A stretch of DNA of 18,652 nucleotides from Myxococcales bacterium (lineage in GTDB: Bacteria; Myxococcota_A; UBA9042). Below, in pieces: positions 16,211 to 18,652 of this stretch; position 1 is the stretch's first letter, and each line of letters starts with the position of its first letter. The stretch covers positions 1 through 18,652 of the forward strand of contig JBBISH010000121.1 in assembly GCA_037441385.1 (NCBI GenBank), given 5' to 3'. The notes beneath the pieces were generated by a model, which saw nothing but the letters and a program-made list of their open reading frames with translations, was not told the DNA's origin and did not search any database. The translations under genes and the position numbers were made by a program.

Positions 16211-16678
16211 TCAGGCCGCCTTGCGCGAAAACACAAACCGCTTGGACACCACGTAGTTGACGACCGTGCCTCCGGCAATACCACACAAGTTGGCCGCGTA
16301 GAACCGCAAGCTCAACCAGGCCGCGGGCCAAGGCACCAGCTCCAGCGCGTAGCGAGCGAGGTTCAACACCGCCAGTTGCACCGCCAGCCCAGAGAGAGCA
16401 CTCGCGTAGTAGCGCAACAGGCGCGCCGGCCACTGCAGGTCGTAAGTCATGGCGGCACGGGCAAAAGTCCAGCGGTCGTTCAGCGCAAAATTGCTGGCGA
16501 CCGAGACCACCCAGCCGAACAGCGCCGCCACGTTCGCCAGCAGAGTCGAGGCTGTGTCCGCGCGCCGGCCAGACAGGGTCAGCAGCAGCCAGATCGCCCC
16601 CAGGTTCACCAACACGCCGCTGGCGCCGACTACACAGAAGCGCACGAACTGCGCATGTTTTTGGATGAATTTCCACAT
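16211..16678 (-). CDS. GtrA family membrane protein
   Basis: QFVRFCVVGASGVLVN, SNFALNDRWTF and NYVVSKRFVF, with four transmembrane segments. Confidence 0.9.
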   Translation of the reverse strand: MWKFIQKHAQFVRFCVVGASGVLVNLGAIWLLLTLSGRRADTASTLLANVAALFGWVVSVASNFALNDRWTFARAAMTYDLQWPARLLRYYASALSGLAVQLAVLNLARYALELVPWPAAWLSLRFYAANLCGIAGGTVVNYVVSKRFVFSRKAA

Positions 16679-16743
16679 GGAGTGGGTCCACGGCCAAGGG
16701 CGCCGGCGCCACGTGCTGGCCTTGCAGGTGGCAGAACGGAACT

Positions 16744-17391
16744 CTACCCGGCCCGAGCCAAACCGTTTTCGGTGCAAAGCACGTGCAGCGCTTGATCGTG
16801 GCCCTCCACCGGCTGCCACGGCCAAACGCACGCCGCCGGCACCACGCCCAAGCGCAACACGGCGTCCGGCACGCCAGGCAGCCAGCGATCGAAATAGCCA
16901 CCGCCGTGCCCCAGCCGCACCAGGCTCAAGCTGGCGGCCTGGCACGGGATCACCAGCACATCCAAGTCTTCCGGGGCGATCACCGGGCCCACAGGTTCGA
17001 GCAAGCGCGAACGCGGCCGCATCTGCAGCGCCGAAGGCCCTGTCGCCGCAGCAAAATCCATCGCCGAGCCATCCGCGCGCAGCCGCGGGTAAGCCAGCGC
17101 CACGCCCTGCACCAACAGGTTGTTCGCTAGGTCGCGGGTTTCGGTCTCGGCGCCAATCGGGCTGTAGAGGCCCACGGTCTTGGCGCCTGTTGCCTGCACC
17201 AATTGCAGCACGGCACGGTTCAAGGCCTGGGCATGTTGCTTGCGAGCCTGGGGCGATCGCGCGCGCGCCACGGCATCGGCAGCGGCCCGCCAACCGCGCT
17301 TGTCGGTCGGCAGGGCGGCTGGCGTGGCAGCTGCGGCGGCGGAGGGCAGTCCGGCGAGCCAGGCTTGGCGGTCCCAGTTGGGCAGCGACAT
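16744..17391 (-). CDS. ygfA: 5-formyltetrahydrofolate cyclo-ligase
   Basis: Motifs LYSPIGAE, LDVLVIP, RLGHGGGYFDRWL and EGHD; RBS AAGGAG upstream of ATG 17391. Confidence 0.92.
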   Translation of the reverse strand: MSLPNWDRQAWLAGLPSAAAAATPAALPTDKRGWRAAADAVARARSPQARKQHAQALNRAVLQLVQATGAKTVGLYSPIGAETETRDLANNLLVQGVALAYPRLRADGSAMDFAAATGPSALQMRPRSRLLEPVGPVIAPEDLDVLVIPCQAASLSLVRLGHGGGYFDRWLPGVPDAVLRLGVVPAACVWPWQPVEGHDQALHVLCTENGLARAG

Positions 17392-17455
17392 CGAGTAACT
17401 CCTTGACTGGCGCAGGCAAAGGCCGGGCGGAAACCCGTCGCGGCGGCGGATTCGC

Positions 17456-17725
17456 CTACCGGGTGGCAGCGCGGGCGGCCAACACTTCCAGGCGATCGGC
17501 CCAGCGTTGGCGCAGTTCGGCCAGCGCGGCCCGCTCTTTTTCCAGGTCTTCGGCAAGCGTTAGGGCCGCGAACAGGGCAATGTGCTGAGCCGGGACGTTG
17601 CGCGCCCGCAGGTTCGCCATCCGCGCATCCACTTGCGACGCCACGCGGAGCACGAATTCTTCGGGCTCTTCGGTCTGAAGGCGGAAGTCGTTGCCTGCAA
17701 GTCTGACTTTGACCTCGCGCGCCAT
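17456..17725 (-). CDS. zapA: Cell division protein ZapA
   Basis: VKVRLAGNDFRL...VASQVDARM...IALFAALTLAEDL followed by a coiled coil; it sits upstream of ygfA, the usual synteny. Confidence 0.88.
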   Translation of the reverse strand: MAREVKVRLAGNDFRLQTEEPEEFVLRVASQVDARMANLRARNVPAQHIALFAALTLAEDLEKERAALAELRQRWADRLEVLAARAATR

Positions 17726-17788
17726 CGCCCACCGCCCGCTGCGCCCACCCGGGCGCCCATCCGCCGATCCCACGTCGACCGTGCGCAG

Positions 17789-17817
17789 AGGCTGATCTTC
17801 TGCGCGCGCGATGTCAA
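17789..17817 (-). promoter_or_regulatory. Candidate sigma70 promoter for the zapA run
   Basis: The minus strand has a consensus TTGACA, 17 nt, then CAGCCT (weak -10). Confidence 0.4.
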
Positions 17818-17922
17818 GCGAAACCCCGGCGGATTTCGCCGCGGCCCCCGCCGACCGCCCCATGGCCCCAGAACCGCAAGAAAGTCAGTGCGCCGCCCGC
17901 CGTGCAGCGGGGACAATTGTGC

Positions 17923-17951
17923 TTGTGCTTCCAGCCGGCAAGGCCTACACT
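17923..17951 (+). promoter_or_regulatory. Candidate sigma70 promoter for the terminal lipoprotein gene
   Basis: TTGTGC-17 nt-TACACT. Confidence 0.4.
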
Positions 17952-18120
17952 ACTGCCCCCCAACCTGGGCAGCCTCGGCACGGTCGCAGGGACCAAACCA
18001 GCCGCCCGCAGGGCACATCGGCCGGCTGGAGCAACCTGAAGCGATCAGGCGCGCGGCCCCGACCTTTGGGCCCAAGATGGGCAGCACGGCAAGCGCACGT
18101 CAAGTGCAGGAGAGCGGAAA

Positions 18121-18652
18121 ATGAAGTCGTCAACGCGGTGGTCGACGTCGCTGCGCAGCCTGGTCATCCTGGCTGTGGCGGTATACGGATCGGCCTGTTC
18201 GAATACGCCTACCAATCAGGGCAACACGGCCTCTACTCAAGATGTCGAGCAGGGCGGCGACGTGCCGATCGGCACCTTTGACATCGCGGCCGATGCCAAC
18301 GACGCCGACACCGGCACCCCCAAGACCGACAGCACGACCGGCGCAGACGGCACCACTGGCGACGTAACGACCGGCGACACCGCCAAGCCGGACACGACCG
18401 ACACCACCAGCACCGACACCACCAGCACCGACACCACCTCGACCGACACGACGACGACCGACACCAAGACCGGTGACGTGACGGGCCCCTGTACGGCCGA
18501 CACGGACTGCCCGGCCGACCCGAACGACCCCTGCCATGTCGGCGCGTGCACCAGCGGCGTCTGCGGCTTCAAGGCCGCGACCAATGGCGGCCCCTGCGAC
18601 GACAAGAACGCTTGCACCGAAAACGACGTGTGCAGCGGCGGCGCCTGCGCCG
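18121..18652 (+). CDS. Cys-rich secreted lipoprotein, 3'-truncated (CDDxNxCT repeats of Dictyostelium/myxobacterial type); absent from the ORF track
   Basis: AGGAG RBS, then MKSSTRWSTSLRSLVILAVAVYGSA-C, a Thr/Asp-rich linker and CTADTDC...DPCHVGACTSGVC...PCDDKNACTENDVCSGGAC. The frame is open to the window end. Confidence 0.88.
   Translation, partial: MKSSTRWSTSLRSLVILAVAVYGSACSNTPTNQGNTASTQDVEQGGDVPIGTFDIAADANDADTGTPKTDSTTGADGTTGDVTTGDTAKPDTTDTTSTDTTSTDTTSTDTTTTDTKTGDVTGPCTADTDCPADPNDPCHVGACTSGVCGFKAATNGGPCDDKNACTENDVCSGGACA
18397..18471 (+). repeat. 15-bp tandem repeat, 5 degenerate copies, encoding TDTT(S/T)
   Basis: ACCGACACCACCAGC twice exactly, then ACCGACACCACCTCG, ACCGACACGACGACG and ACCGACACCAAGACC. 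Confidence 0.88.

Overview
This is a GC-rich bacterial window; the gene content and Cys-rich lipoproteins suggest Myxococcota/Deltaproteobacteria (inference). It holds 19 CDS. At the left are a REP/CIR-like palindromic doublet, a modular Cys-rich lipoprotein (-), an orphan tandem-domain CcmH-like protein coupled to an HSL-type esterase (+), a 199-bp CTAG-flanked MITE-like element and a rhomboid protease (-). A long + strand run follows: lipoprotein, trpS, DedA/VTT protein, GH31 lipoprotein, ThiF/MoeB E1, pseudo-E1::JAB fusion, acylphosphatase. The right part has pepT (-), a hotdog-fold protein (+), a - strand run (zapA, 5-formyl-THF cyclo-ligase, GtrA, L7/L12-CTD-like protein, moaA) and a truncated Cys-rich lipoprotein (+). 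The most notable feature is a pair of coupled E1-like genes with complementary missing parts. One has the adenylation motifs but lacks the N-terminal Arg-finger helix; the other keeps that helix, has lost the catalytic motifs and is fused to an intact JAMM protease. This suggests a heterodimeric, eukaryote-style E1 with a built-in processing protease. All family calls are from motif recognition by eye; no searches were run.
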